DNA from: Candidatus Methanophagales archaeon
Lineage (GTDB): Archaea; Halobacteriota; Syntropharchaeia; Alkanophagales; Methanospirareceae
Length of the DNA: 63,679 bases
Reading direction: 5' to 3'
NCBI GenBank assembly: GCA_017883965.1
Contig: JAFNKG010000006.1
Span: 1 to 63,679 of the forward strand
The notes under the pieces: model-generated
Database searches by the model: none
Told to the model about the DNA's origin: nothing
The model's input: the letters and a program-made list of their open reading frames with translations, nothing else
Program-made: the position numbers and the translations under genes
In this document: one piece after another, positions 9,906-20,351 of the stretch
How positions within the stretch are numbered: position 1 is the stretch's first letter
Layout of the letters: each line of letters starts with the position of its first letter

Positions 9906-10535
9906 ATGAACAAAATCGAAGTGCTTCTCGTTAGCTTCCCGTTATATGCAGAAGACCTTGGGATAGACCTGAAGGAGCCGTCAGGCAGGTTCAAGTGGTT
10001 TTTAGCCTCCATTCTGTTCGGTGCGAGAATAAGCGAGAAAATCGCATCGAACACATACAAAACGTTTGAACGGTATGGAATTGACAGCATGGAGAAGATC
10101 ATCGCTGCTGGCTGGGACGAACTGGTCAGGATTTTGGATGAAGGCGGATATGTGCGATACGACTTTTCTACTGCGACAAAGCTGCTTGATATAATGGAGA
10201 TGCTAAAAGAGAAATACGGGTCGTTGGAGAGCCTTTATGAAGAATCTTCGGATACAAAAGATTTAGCGAGAAGGTTGCAGGAATTTAAGGGCATTGGTAC
10301 GGTAACGACACAGATATTCCTGCGTGAATTGCGCGGTGTATGGCAAATAAGCCCTAAAATATCGAGTAAAGCTAAAAGTGTGGCAGAGAGTCTGGACATA
10401 AATCTGCGAGAATTCGAGGGTGAAGAACTTTCTCGGGTTGAGACTGCACTCGTTAAGCTCGGCATAAAATATTGCAAGAAGAAGAGATGCAAGGAATGCC
10501 CGGTGATGGATTTTTGCGGGCTGGTTGTGGGGTAA
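9906..10535 (+). CDS. HhH-GPD superfamily protein with C-terminal Fe-S (FCL-like) motif
   Basis: LQEFKGIG; YCKKKRCKECPVMDFC. Confidence 0.8.
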   Translation: MNKIEVLLVSFPLYAEDLGIDLKEPSGRFKWFLASILFGARISEKIASNTYKTFERYGIDSMEKIIAAGWDELVRILDEGGYVRYDFSTATKLLDIMEMLKEKYGSLESLYEESSDTKDLARRLQEFKGIGTVTTQIFLRELRGVWQISPKISSKAKSVAESLDINLREFEGEELSRVETALVKLGIKYCKKKRCKECPVMDFCGLVVG

Positions 10536-10559
10536 TTTTAACAACTTTTGTGACATTTA

Positions 10560-11063
10560 ATGCTATGCACACCCCTTAAAAATAAAAATGAAAAACTTGC
10601 ACCAGTGGTGCGAGAAATTAGCTGGACCAAGAACATCGTCATTATGGAAAAATGCAAGGACGACCTGGAGCGAGAATTTTATATCAAAATGACCAAAAAG
10701 TTCGGCTGGACGAAAAATGTGCTTATCCATCAGGTAGAGAGCCGAGCGTATGAGCGATTCCTGCTAAACCAGACCAATTTTGATTTGAAAGTAGGCGAGT
10801 TCAAGCCGGAGTATGCGGGCAAAATGCAGTTTTATCTTTCGGTATTAAATGACAAAGTAAGACTGGAAGAGGAGAATCCATCTATCGGAATTATCCTCTG
10901 CAAAGAGAAAAATCGGATTATTGTTGAGTATGCCCTCTAGGATACTACTCAGCCCATCGAAGTCTCCACCTATAAAATCACAACTACCCTGCCCGAGGAA
11001 TTGCGGAACTATCTGCCTTCTGATGAAGAGATAGCGAAAAGATTGGAGGGTGTGGAAATATAA
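10560..11063 (+). pseudogene. DUF1016/YhcG PD-(D/E)XK nuclease pseudogene
   Basis: LEREFY...GWT joined directly to DLKVGEFKPEYAGKMQFYL (large internal deletion); in-frame TAG at 10938 with homology continuing (TLPEELRNYLP) to 11063. Confidence 0.85.
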
Positions 11064-11169
11064 GTGAAGAAAGCTTACATTTTATAACTGTTTTCAAGAT
11101 AACTCTGTAATTTTATGGCAATTCCAAGTCCATAAAGCCATCATTTATTTAGAAATCGAAAAGAATTCT

Positions 11170-13239
11170 TTACGTGCTCTCTTCTTTCATATAATCATGG
11201 GTTTTCTTGCAATCTTCGGAAAAATAAACAATACTCTTCATACGTTTATTTCTTGGGTCTATCGCCTCTAAGACATCATTGGCGTTCACATATTCGTCAC
11301 AATAATGGCACTTTACCTTTAAATCAGGAATCTTGACCTTTAGACCAATATCTCCGGTCAGACATCTTGCCATTTTATTTTCTCTAAACACCCTGTCCAA
11401 AGCGCTAGCTATTGTTAACCTGTGCTCTCCTAACTCTTCGCCAAACTCAGAGATTATAGCTAATTTTGCGTTAGACTTGTATATAGTTGAGAATACGCCT
11501 GTCAGCATTAGATGATTCTCTTCCTTCTTCGCCATATCATCTCCAATATTGAAGTCATTTTCATCTATTGAGCCGAGATGAGGAACAATTATGTCCACAT
11601 CTTTATATTGTTCCTCAACATCCATGTCATGCCGGGTGTCACTTGTGTACCCTATCCTGAAAGGTCTGGATTTCGTATAACCACTTTCACCATATAACTC
11701 CAATATAAGGCCAACAGAATATGCCTTGCACAGAACTTCTTCATGAACAGCTTTTGTAACTCTTATTCTGATGTAGTCTCCTAAGTCGTATGTGATTCCC
11801 TCCTCTAAAGGGTATATCCGATTTATCTTAGCGTCTTTTTCATCTTCGTTTAGGGGAATCCAACCCAAGAACTTCTTCAGAGCTCCTAGGTTCATAAAAA
11901 CATTTATCTTCTTTTTCTTCTCGTTTTCTTCAAGATTATCATTGTATTCAAATATCAGCGTGAGTAGGGACTCGAAATCGCTACTGTGGTCTACATGGGC
12001 GTGTGTTATGATTACCGTGTCTATATCATAGATGACCAACTCATTATTGAAGAAATTGTCGAGAAAGTTGAAACCAGGGTCTATGACGATGCCTTTTCCT
12101 TTCCAATAGAGAAAGTATCCTCCTCCAAGGTTCGACTCTGTGGGTGTGAGCATCGTTGGTGTGTAGGAGTTCCATCTCCTCAACACTAAAAAGAAGTTTT
12201 CTTTTAGTAGTTCATTCCTTGGTTTTAAAGAATCAGCAAGTCTTTTTTCGTATGTCTTTTTTGCATCGAGGATTGCCTTGTATTTATCCCTCAGTTCGTT
12301 TATAACCTCGTTTCGCGCATCTATTTCTAAAATCCGTTCCTCCTTCTCTTTTTTGGGCTGTGTTGATTTTTCAATTTCTTTCTTTTTTTCTAAATATAAC
12401 TCTTCTCTCTCTTTTCGCGCTTCCAAATCTCTTCCAAGCAATATCAACATTAAATTTCTGTTATTTTTGGCCAACTCATACTTCGGATCGATTTTGAGGG
12501 CTTCCTCATAGCACGCGAGGGCTTCTTTGTATCTGCCTAAATTACCGAGCGCATTTCCTTTGTTGTTCCATGCCTTTTCATCTTTCGGATCGATTTTGAG
12601 GGCTTCCTCATAGCACGCGAGGGCTTCTTTGTATCTGCCTAAATTACCAAGTGCAATACCTTTGTTGTTCAATGCCGCTTCATTAGCAGGTTCAATATGG
12701 AGGGCGTTGTCATAGCACGATAGGGCTTTTTCGTACCTGCCTAAATTACGGAGCAGATTGCCTTTGTTGTTCAGCGCAGGTGTGTACGTTGGTTTGATTT
12801 GTAGGGCACGATCATAGCACGCTATTGCTTCTTCGTACCTGCCTAATTTAACAAGCGCATTTCCTTTGTTGAACCATGATTCATAATACATCGAGTTGAT
12901 TTGTAGGGCACGATCATAGCACGCTATTGCTTCTTCGTACCTGCCTAATTCATAGAGCGCAAAACCCTCATAATGCCAAGCTTTTAAAAAAGTTGAGTCT
13001 AGTCTTATTACCCGATTAAAGTGCTTAAGTGCGTCTTCCCAGTGTTCATCTATTAAGTCTATCTTACCCTGTATGTATTCTGTCTCCAGTTCTTTCTTCA
13101 CTTCTTTGGCTATTTTTAAAGCATCCTCATAGAGGGGTTTTGACTCCTTACTCCTCATAGCATCTGCAAAAGCATCATCAGCCTTTTCTATCATTTCCTG
13201 CAACATTTTCTGAACTTTTTTATTGGGCATGCTCATCAC
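11170..13239 (-). CDS. TPR-repeat protein fused to metallo-beta-lactamase-fold hydrolase
   Basis: About six 34-aa TPRs, then VIDPG, THAHVDH, H, YTSDT motifs. Confidence 0.88.
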   Translation of the reverse strand: MMSMPNKKVQKMLQEMIEKADDAFADAMRSKESKPLYEDALKIAKEVKKELETEYIQGKIDLIDEHWEDALKHFNRVIRLDSTFLKAWHYEGFALYELGRYEEAIACYDRALQINSMYYESWFNKGNALVKLGRYEEAIACYDRALQIKPTYTPALNNKGNLLRNLGRYEKALSCYDNALHIEPANEAALNNKGIALGNLGRYKEALACYEEALKIDPKDEKAWNNKGNALGNLGRYKEALACYEEALKIDPKYELAKNNRNLMLILLGRDLEARKEREELYLEKKKEIEKSTQPKKEKEERILEIDARNEVINELRDKYKAILDAKKTYEKRLADSLKPRNELLKENFFLVLRRWNSYTPTMLTPTESNLGGGYFLYWKGKGIVIDPGFNFLDNFFNNELVIYDIDTVIITHAHVDHSSDFESLLTLIFEYNDNLEENEKKKKINVFMNLGALKKFLGWIPLNEDEKDAKINRIYPLEEGITYDLGDYIRIRVTKAVHEEVLCKAYSVGLILELYGESGYTKSRPFRIGYTSDTRHDMDVEEQYKDVDIIVPHLGSIDENDFNIGDDMAKKEENHLMLTGVFSTIYKSNAKLAIISEFGEELGEHRLTIASALDRVFRENKMARCLTGDIGLKVKIPDLKVKCHYCDEYVNANDVLEAIDPRNKRMKSIVYFSEDCKKTHDYMKEEST

Positions 13240-13674
13240 AACCTTTACACTTAATACACAAACACGCTATATATATTCGAGAAGTCAAGAATAGGTTAAA
13301 TATATTTCGTTTTGGGATTGCTTTACCTCTGAAAAAATGTAGTGCAATAGAGAAATATACCCCATCTTAAATAATGCGTTGTACTGCAAATATGAATTAA
13401 GCTGTGATGGCACACGTGTATGCAAATTCCCAGATGGTCATCTTCCACCTTTAAAGCGGGTATCCAAAATGCACTAAAAATTTTATTGGGATACCTTTAT
13501 AAATGTCCTATGCCTTAAGTAAAAGATAAACACAGGGTAATAAAAGTGGATTGATAAAAATGCATGAAGAGGAACTTTTTAGGGGTGGAGAAATTTTGTC
13601 TGAGGGAGAGTTTAAACGGACTAAACTTAGATATAATGCCAAAATAACTGGGCATATCCGAGGGGGTGACTTAA

Positions 13675-14553
13675 GTGTCAAAAGATAAAGAAGTTTGTTT
13701 TGTGATCATGCCATTTAGCAAAACGACAGAGGAACATACTGAACGCTACTGGACAGAACATTTTAAAAGCTTCTTGAAACCCCTTATCGAGGAAAATTCA
13801 AACCTCAAAGCTCGTCGCTCAGAGGCACTGCGTGGAGATATTCTGAGACAAATCATCACTGATCTTGTTGTTTCCCGGATAGTAGTTGCAGATTTAACAG
13901 ATCAGAATCCTAATGTTTATTGGGAGCTAGGGGTTCGCCAAAGTTTTAAGCATGGTACAGTTACGATCGCAGAAGAGGGCACGAAAATTCCTTTCGACCT
14001 TGGTGGCAAAGGCACCCTCTTCTATTATCCAGAGGATCACGTAAAGCTGGAGGGTTTTCGTAGACGTTTCAAGGAAGCTATTCAAGATTGTTGTGCAGAT
14101 CCTGATAGTCCTGATAGCCACGTACTGGAGACCCTTTCGGGTCGAGGGACTTTGTTTGAGATTTTTCGTCGAGACGAGGCTATCCGCCGGCTAGACGCTG
14201 TACTATCAGAATGTGACTGGAATTTAGATGTTTGGGAAAAGGTAATTAACCAAGCCCGTGCTAACCAGGAAAACCCTGAGAAGCGTTTGTTCATCACCAG
14301 GCGTTTTAGGGTCTCGGCAATCGAATTGCTAGTGACAAATCGCTATGTCGATGAAGATCACTCATTCTTCACATTAGCTGAACTCAACCAGGATCTCAGT
14401 ACTGCGGCGAATGATATGCTAAACGGTTGGGTATATAACCCAGGAGGGGCGGAGAAGTGGTTATTATCGGAGACAAAATCAAGGAAGGATAAGATTGAAC
14501 AGTTTAAAGTAGCAGTAGTGAATGCTCGTGAGAAGCTAAGTAAGCAATTTTGA
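13675..14553 (+). CDS. Nucleoside 2-deoxyribosyltransferase-like (NDT/TIR-like) domain protein
   Basis: CFVIMPF...VVADLTDQNPNVYWELG...IPFD. Confidence 0.75.
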   Translation: MSKDKEVCFVIMPFSKTTEEHTERYWTEHFKSFLKPLIEENSNLKARRSEALRGDILRQIITDLVVSRIVVADLTDQNPNVYWELGVRQSFKHGTVTIAEEGTKIPFDLGGKGTLFYYPEDHVKLEGFRRRFKEAIQDCCADPDSPDSHVLETLSGRGTLFEIFRRDEAIRRLDAVLSECDWNLDVWEKVINQARANQENPEKRLFITRRFRVSAIELLVTNRYVDEDHSFFTLAELNQDLSTAANDMLNGWVYNPGGAEKWLLSETKSRKDKIEQFKVAVVNAREKLSKQF

Positions 14554-14899
14554 TACGGAAGGCGAGCATTTCACATAATAGGATATATATAGTTCGCAAC
14601 TTCGGTCACTAACACATTTTTTATTCGGCAAAAATTACAGGTATACCAAGCATGTTATGTGCGATTGCCTTAGTCTAAGAAGGAGGTATTCTGTCAAGAA
14701 ATGTACCCAAAATTGTTTCAGTTATGAAAATTTAATACAATTACATTTTTGAGTCCTTACATTACCTTTACCAATCTGCCTACTCGAAAAAAAACGACAA
14801 CGCTGAAAACCGAAGCGACTGCGAGTGTGCCGAGCAAAATTCATAATATCCGGTTGGTGAAAATTCGACACCTCAGAACTGAACCTTGCATCCAGTCTG

Positions 14900-15060
14900 G
14901 TTGGTAACAACCGTGAAGAAGCTAAGGGGATGAGATACTGGACGGTGAAATTGTGTAGGTGTATTCAACACCCAACAAATTGACAGTCCCTCGGGGAGAA
15001 GTGTGTATGCAGCAGGTGCTCAAGCAAGCAGTCATCGGTAAGTTGACGGAAGAGTGAAGA
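14900..15060 (+). pseudogene. Type I restriction-modification HsdS remnant
   Basis: QQVLKQAVIGKLTEE*R resembles the HsdS conserved spacer motif; broken frames. Confidence 0.45.
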
Positions 15061-15113
15061 ATGAAGCATTAACACTCGTATTGCTCTTGCTTTTGATCAC
15101 ACCTTTGCATTCC

Positions 15114-15512
15114 CTATGACCGCACCTCCAACCTAACAACCCCCTTAACCCTCTTTACCGTAACCCTCTTCCTTTTAAACACCTTCCACAGGTTTATTTT
15201 CCGTGAATGCCTCTCGTAGATGCCTTTTATATACTCTCTCCACGCCGCATCATCCACTATCTTTCGAAGCACAAAAGAGGATTCCACCGCTTTCTCGTAT
15301 GCATAATCCCCCATCGTCTCTATCAACGATTCTGTAAACGCTTTCAATTCCTTCTCCACCTCTTCTTGCATCTCATCCTTCAAATAATTCAGCAGTTTCA
15401 GCCGGGATTCCGCACTGAAGCGATAATCACGCTTCTTCTTGATTAACGTGCTCAGCAGTTCCTTATCACCCAACCGCATTCCGGCATCCACGCAAAGGTC
15501 ATAATACTTCAA
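15114..15512 (-). CDS. Hypothetical protein, probably the C-terminal part of the SWIM protein
   Basis: Overlaps the SWIM ORF by 4 bp; HSRKINLW-type C-terminus. Confidence 0.5.
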   Translation of the reverse strand: MKYYDLCVDAGMRLGDKELLSTLIKKKRDYRFSAESRLKLLNYLKDEMQEEVEKELKAFTESLIETMGDYAYEKAVESSFVLRKIVDDAAWREYIKGIYERHSRKINLWKVFKRKRVTVKRVKGVVRLEVRS

Positions 15513-16435
15513 CGAATTTTTAAATACAGCTTGAACCTGCTTCCTTCGCCCAGTGATGTTTTTCTCTCAATTAATGCACTCGCTTTCCCCGTCTTTCCAC
15601 ACTTTATCAAAAACTCTATAAACGAGTACTCGTCTATGAACCGCTCAATGTAACTATCAAAGACACACAACCGCTTTGCATTCTCTTCATCCACCATTCT
15701 ATCGAAAAACGGTGCGAGCATATCATAATCATCCGCCCTGTTCAACTCCGTCAACCGCTCAAAATCACTTTCTTCCAACTGCTTCCTCAAAAAAGCATCA
15801 CATAAATTCTCGAATATCGCATCACCTATGGTGTCGTCCGTGTAGTCGTCATAAAAATACCCGTAATCCTCGCACTTCTCCACCAGGAACTTCAATATAT
15901 AAAAAATCTGGTCTTTCGTCAATATGTCCTCATTTGTCTTTATGAGCCTTGCGAAATCATGCACAAACTCCATATCCGCGTAGTAGTGCTCTATACTTTT
16001 CAACATCGTTTTTATCTGTTTATCAAGCCCTTTGACCAGTTTTTCACTCACATCACCCTTCTCGCTCAGGGGCAATAAATAAGGTAAGAGTTCCTGCGGG
16101 TTTACGCTTACCAACCGTTCAACCATCTCTTTTAAATCCTCCCTGCTCGCACTCTCTATGCGCTCCATTACCTCATCACCCTCTGTATATTCACCACTGG
16201 AATAGCGAAGCAGGACTGCAACGCCGTGTTTACAGTTATGCCGATACGGGCACGAGCAATTGCACTGAAAATCGTCCAATTGCACCTCCGTATTGTATCT
16301 CTCTGTCCCTATAACTTCACCAAACAGCTTATTCCTGAACTTCACCACGTTTAAAACTCTTCCTTCTTTAAAATACCCCTTGCCCCTTTCGAATATCGCC
16401 TCACCATAAACATGTTTTATCTCACTCTCCTCCAT
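15509..16435 (-). CDS. SWIM zinc-finger protein
   Basis: FERGKGY...CNCSCPYRHNCKH. Confidence 0.85.
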   Translation of the reverse strand: MEESEIKHVYGEAIFERGKGYFKEGRVLNVVKFRNKLFGEVIGTERYNTEVQLDDFQCNCSCPYRHNCKHGVAVLLRYSSGEYTEGDEVMERIESASREDLKEMVERLVSVNPQELLPYLLPLSEKGDVSEKLVKGLDKQIKTMLKSIEHYYADMEFVHDFARLIKTNEDILTKDQIFYILKFLVEKCEDYGYFYDDYTDDTIGDAIFENLCDAFLRKQLEESDFERLTELNRADDYDMLAPFFDRMVDEENAKRLCVFDSYIERFIDEYSFIEFLIKCGKTGKASALIERKTSLGEGSRFKLYLKIR

Positions 16436-16499
16436 TCAATTCTTCACCTCCTCACTTCTTAGTACCGCTTTTGTTTTAGCAAATTGGAAAATGTAAAAA

Positions 16500-16700
16500 A
16501 CACTTTTTCTTTAAAACGTTTAAGAAAAGTTTTATCAAAAACGCTTCGCGGAAAAGGAAAACCTGTGCTAAAAGAAAAACTAAGATAAGATTTTTAGTCA
16601 AGGTTTTTACCGAAGGTAAAAAAGTTGTTGGTAAAGCTTTCTTTTTAAAGAAATCTTTATTTTGACTTTTGCACTTTGCACTTTTCATTTTTCACTGTCT
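16500..16700. repeat. AT-rich dispersed palindromic repeat (AAAAGTTTTATCAAAA / AAACCTGTGCTAAAAGAAAA family)
   Basis: Related sequence at ~32640-32720, 33240-33270, 38660-38690, 44520-44630, 62640-62720 and 63510-63580. Confidence 0.6.
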
Positions 16701-16733
16701 GTTCAAAATTCAACGATTTTTGAGCAGATACCT

Positions 16734-17459
16734 TCACTCCGCAACCATCCTCTTCAAATCTCTCACCAACTCCTCCCTTACACGGTCTTCTCTGTTACCA
16801 CCGCATACCATGCCCCTAACACCAATTATATCAGTCTTAATCTCTTTTAACGCAGGAATATCATCAAATGTAAGCGAGCCCGCAATAGCAGTCTCCAGTC
16901 CCAGCGCTTTTGATTCCGAAACAAACGTCTCAAGCTCTTCTTCACTTAGAAACTCTAATGTTGTCCTACCGTCTTTTATACCGGTGTCCACCATCGCCAC
17001 GTCTATATCCACCTCTTTCCCAATTTCCGCGATTTCAAAAGGCGAAATCGAATTTATTCGTTTGTAGTCAGAATAGAAAGCAGAAACGACTTTCTTGGTT
17101 GGTGCGAAGTCTTTCACCGCTTTAACAACCCCGGTAAGCAAATCTATCGCCTCCTGCCTCGTTTTTATTTTGAACAATCCGACTTTTATGTATTCTGCAC
17201 CGGCAGAGGCAGCACCTAACGCGGCTAAAGAAGCAGTCCCCGGCTTATAATCGAAATTCCCTATCGCAGCACTTATTTTTACCCCATCTCCTTTCTCTTT
17301 TTCCACCAATTCCTTTATTGACTTTATAATCCATGGGAAATTAGCGCCAAGAGAACCTTCTTTCGGATTCTTCACATCTACAATATCAGCATTTCCGCGA
17401 ATCACCGCCTTCGCTTCCTCCATATCCTTCGGGCTCACCAACAATTTCATTTTTCTCAA
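16734..17459 (-). CDS. mfnB: (5-formylfuran-3-yl)methyl phosphate synthase (methanofuran biosynthesis)
   Basis: LLVSP, DVKNPKEGSLGA, YIKVG, MVDTGIKDG, GVRG. Confidence 0.93.
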   Translation of the reverse strand: MRKMKLLVSPKDMEEAKAVIRGNADIVDVKNPKEGSLGANFPWIIKSIKELVEKEKGDGVKISAAIGNFDYKPGTASLAALGAASAGAEYIKVGLFKIKTRQEAIDLLTGVVKAVKDFAPTKKVVSAFYSDYKRINSISPFEIAEIGKEVDIDVAMVDTGIKDGRTTLEFLSEEELETFVSESKALGLETAIAGSLTFDDIPALKEIKTDIIGVRGMVCGGNREDRVREELVRDLKRMVAE

Positions 17460-17653
17460 ACCTCTCTTTTCTCCATACTCCTGACTTCTTTATTTATAAA
17501 ACACCTCGCTGGCGTGCCAATTAATATAATCTTCTGTTGCCTGTGTCTTCCCGAACCAGCTATAACACTGGGTCCCTTCATTTTACGGAAGAAAGCAACT
17601 AAGACTTCCCCCTCCACTCCATCACCCTTTTTATAAAGAATTGTCATTTAACC

Positions 17654-18007
17654 TCAAACCTCCTTTACAAAACCTTCTTTCTCCAATTCTTCTACCATTT
17701 CTACAACGAATGCGAAATCGAGTCGCAAGTCATCAGCAATCTCATCTAACCAAGCCTTATCTCTGCTCTTCAAGTAGTCCCTTATCTCCCTTTTGGCTTC
17801 TTCTCTTGATATATTTCTGATTTTAATTACCTTTACCAGCTCTACTTCTTTAACGTAATGCTCAATAGCTTCCCTGATAAAATCAGTTCGTGACTTATAG
17901 CCGAACGTATCCACTATTTCATCTACTTTGTTGACCTGAACCTCGGGCAGTCGAATCGGGATCATCCTTGCTTTTCTGGCTTGTGTTCGCAATATGTTAC
18001 GTGGCAT
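17654..18007 (-). CDS. RHH plus wHTH DNA-binding protein
   Basis: IPIRLP...GYKSRTDFIREAI; C-terminal EIADDLRLD. Confidence 0.8.
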   Translation of the reverse strand: MPRNILRTQARKARMIPIRLPEVQVNKVDEIVDTFGYKSRTDFIREAIEHYVKEVELVKVIKIRNISREEAKREIRDYLKSRDKAWLDEIADDLRLDFAFVVEMVEELEKEGFVKEV

Positions 18008-18036
18008 TGTATTACACGTATATAAAGATATATCTT

Positions 18037-18726
18037 TTATCTTTTTAACACCTTAACTCCTTTTTCATCCCCCACATGCACTTCAGCAGCATTCGTAAAT
18101 ATTCCATGCTCGACAGAGCCGACAACCGAAGAAAGAACACCGCTCATTTCCTCTGGATTACTTATAACGCCAAAATCCGCATCTATCACCAAATTACCAT
18201 TCTCCGTTATAAAATATCCTCCTTTATTTCCTTCATTCCTCAAAACAGGCATACCTCCTAGCTCTTTCACTTCTCTCTCCACTACTTTCACGGCATAAGG
18301 TAAAACTTCTAAAGGAACCGGCTTATTCAGCAACTCCACCATTTTCTCTTCTTCAACACAGATAACAAGTTTTTTTGCTGCGTAAGACACTATTTTCTCC
18401 CTCGTATGCGAGCCCCATCCACCTTTTATTAAATTTAGTTGAGAATCCACTTGTTCTGCTCCATCTATGCATATATCCAGAGAAGGATGCTCAGAAAGTG
18501 TGGTAACGTGAATCCCGCATTCTATTGCTATCCTTTCGGTTCTAAGCGAAGTAGGAACGCCCAAAACATCAAGCTCCTCATCCTTTATCCTGTCGCCTAT
18601 CCTTCTTATCGCAAGTTCTGCCGTAGACCCTGTGCCGAGACCCACTACCATCCCGTCTTTTATCAAAGAAGCTGCGGATTCTGCTGCTTTTTCCTTTTTC
18701 TTCTTTCTCTTTTTATCTTCGTTCAT
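18037..18726 (-). CDS. rpiA: Ribose-5-phosphate isomerase A
   Basis: GLGTGST, IDGA, LIKGG, REKIV, VEHGIF. Confidence 0.93.
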   Translation of the reverse strand: MNEDKKRKKKKEKAAESAASLIKDGMVVGLGTGSTAELAIRRIGDRIKDEELDVLGVPTSLRTERIAIECGIHVTTLSEHPSLDICIDGAEQVDSQLNLIKGGWGSHTREKIVSYAAKKLVICVEEEKMVELLNKPVPLEVLPYAVKVVEREVKELGGMPVLRNEGNKGGYFITENGNLVIDADFGVISNPEEMSGVLSSVVGSVEHGIFTNAAEVHVGDEKGVKVLKR

Positions 18727-18820
18727 ATTCTCAATCTGGAGTTTTTCCCTTCTTAAAACTTTTCTTTTTTTTAGAGCTAATCAAAAACATATTAAGGATG
18801 CGTGTATAGGATATAATAAA

Positions 18821-20299
18821 ATGCAGGGGAGTAGCGTGGAATGGACAGAGAAATACCGTCCAGAGAAGTTAAGAGAAGTTGTGGGCAACGAAGAAGCGAT
18901 AAAAGAACTAAAAGAGTGGGCTGAGGAAGTCTATAAGTATAAGGCAAAGTCGAAGAAAGCTGCTATACTTCACGGACCACCGGGCTGTGGAAAGACATCA
19001 GCCGCGTATGCTCTTGCTTCCGAGCGCGGATGGGAAGTCATAGAGCTTAACGCATCAGACCAGAGAAGTGAGGGGGTGATAAAAAGTATTGTAGGACCGG
19101 CTTCCACAAGCAATACTTTCAGTCACACGACGAGATTAATCATTTTGGACGAGGCTGACAATCTTCACGGTAAAGAAGACCGCGGGGGAACGAAGGCGGT
19201 AACAGAGATAGTGAAAAGAAGCACGCAGCCAATAATCCTCATTGCCAACGACAAATACAGGATGGGAAAAGCGTTGCAGCGGAATTGCAGGACAATTAAG
19301 TTCACGCAGGTAGAACCGGGGAAGGTTTACCATGTGCTGAAAGAGATAAGCGATGACGAAGGGATAGAGATAGCTGATGAAGCACTGCGCATTCTGGCTA
19401 AAAACGCTCATGGCGATTTGAGGTCCGCAATAAACGACTTGCAGGCTATTTCAATGTCGGAATCGAAATTGGAGAAAGGAGACATAGCGACAGGGGGAAG
19501 AGACGTTGAGGAGGACATTTTTGCGGTATTGAATAAAATCTTCGGCGGATACGACATGCAAGAAGCGCTTTTCTCTCTTTACGGTATTGACAAGACGCCA
19601 GAGGAAAGCATACAATGGATATATAAGAATTTTTCGTATGAACATGATGAAGAAAGCTTTTTGCACGGGTTGCATTACCTGAGCAGGGCGGATACGTTTT
19701 TAGGAAGAGCAAGACGCCGTGAGAATTTCAAGTTCTGGCGCTATGCATCCAGTTTAATGGCTTGCGGCGTGCTTTCTGCAAAAGAAATGCAGGGCGGTAA
19801 AAGAGAAGGAGGGCAAAGGCGATATTTTCGGTCGCCGTGGCAACGCGAGCAGCGAAGTGGTGAAGATAGAAAATCCGTGCCTATACGCGAAGAGATAGCG
19901 AAGAAAATAGGTGCGTATTGCAAAGTGCCACTGAGCTATGCACGATTCTTTGTCGTTCCTTTTTTGCCGTTTTTTTTCCGCGACGAAAGAAAGGCGGTGG
20001 ATATTACCGCATCGCTCCGGCTTGATGTTCCTCAAATTGCGTTTTTGGTTAGTGATACGGAAATAGGGGCTAAAGAGAAGGAGGAAAAAGCGAAGAGAAT
20101 ATACCATGACGCATTTGCGATAGCGGTGAGAAAAGGAAAGGAGCGGGTAACGGGAGAGGAAGGTGGAAAAGTGGTTAAAGCTGAAGTTGGAGATGAAGAA
20201 CTATTAAAAACAAGGGAAGTGGAAACAGTAGAGGCGGAAGGCAAGGAAGAGGAGGTGAAAGAGGTGAAAAACCAAAAGACGCTGGGGGATTTCTTTTAG
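18821..20299 (+). CDS. rfcL: Replication factor C large subunit
   Basis: WTEKYRP, GPPGCGKT, ELNASD, LDEAD, C-terminal PIP box QKTLGDFF; start taken at 18821. Confidence 0.95.
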   Translation: MQGSSVEWTEKYRPEKLREVVGNEEAIKELKEWAEEVYKYKAKSKKAAILHGPPGCGKTSAAYALASERGWEVIELNASDQRSEGVIKSIVGPASTSNTFSHTTRLIILDEADNLHGKEDRGGTKAVTEIVKRSTQPIILIANDKYRMGKALQRNCRTIKFTQVEPGKVYHVLKEISDDEGIEIADEALRILAKNAHGDLRSAINDLQAISMSESKLEKGDIATGGRDVEEDIFAVLNKIFGGYDMQEALFSLYGIDKTPEESIQWIYKNFSYEHDEESFLHGLHYLSRADTFLGRARRRENFKFWRYASSLMACGVLSAKEMQGGKREGGQRRYFRSPWQREQRSGEDRKSVPIREEIAKKIGAYCKVPLSYARFFVVPFLPFFFRDERKAVDITASLRLDVPQIAFLVSDTEIGAKEKEEKAKRIYHDAFAIAVRKGKERVTGEEGGKVVKAEVGDEELLKTREVETVEAEGKEEEVKEVKNQKTLGDFF

Positions 20300-20351
20300 T
20301 TCAGCACATATCACGCAAGCAATAGCTATTATCGCAGTGGTAATCGTCGCT

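Noticed and set aside
10938-10940. In-frame TAG in the DUF1016 gene as pyrrolysine readthrough
   Set aside because: The gene also has a large internal deletion and no proper N-terminus; simple decay explains it.
12480-12950. 102-bp near-identical repeats as CRISPR or DGR template/variable repeats
   Set aside because: They are in-frame TPR units; there are no spacers, no reverse transcriptase and no adenine-specific variation evident.
16476-16850. Short ORFs over the AT-rich repeat (also 47753-48134 and 44730-45239)
   Set aside because: Translations of non-coding repeat or promoter DNA with no protein-like features.
17456-17647. 63-aa ORF as a toxin partner of the RHH gene
   Set aside because: No recognisable toxin motif; left uncalled.
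18632-18820. N-terminal extension of the RFC large ORF
   Set aside because: Overlaps rpiA on the opposite strand; homology begins at ATG 18821.
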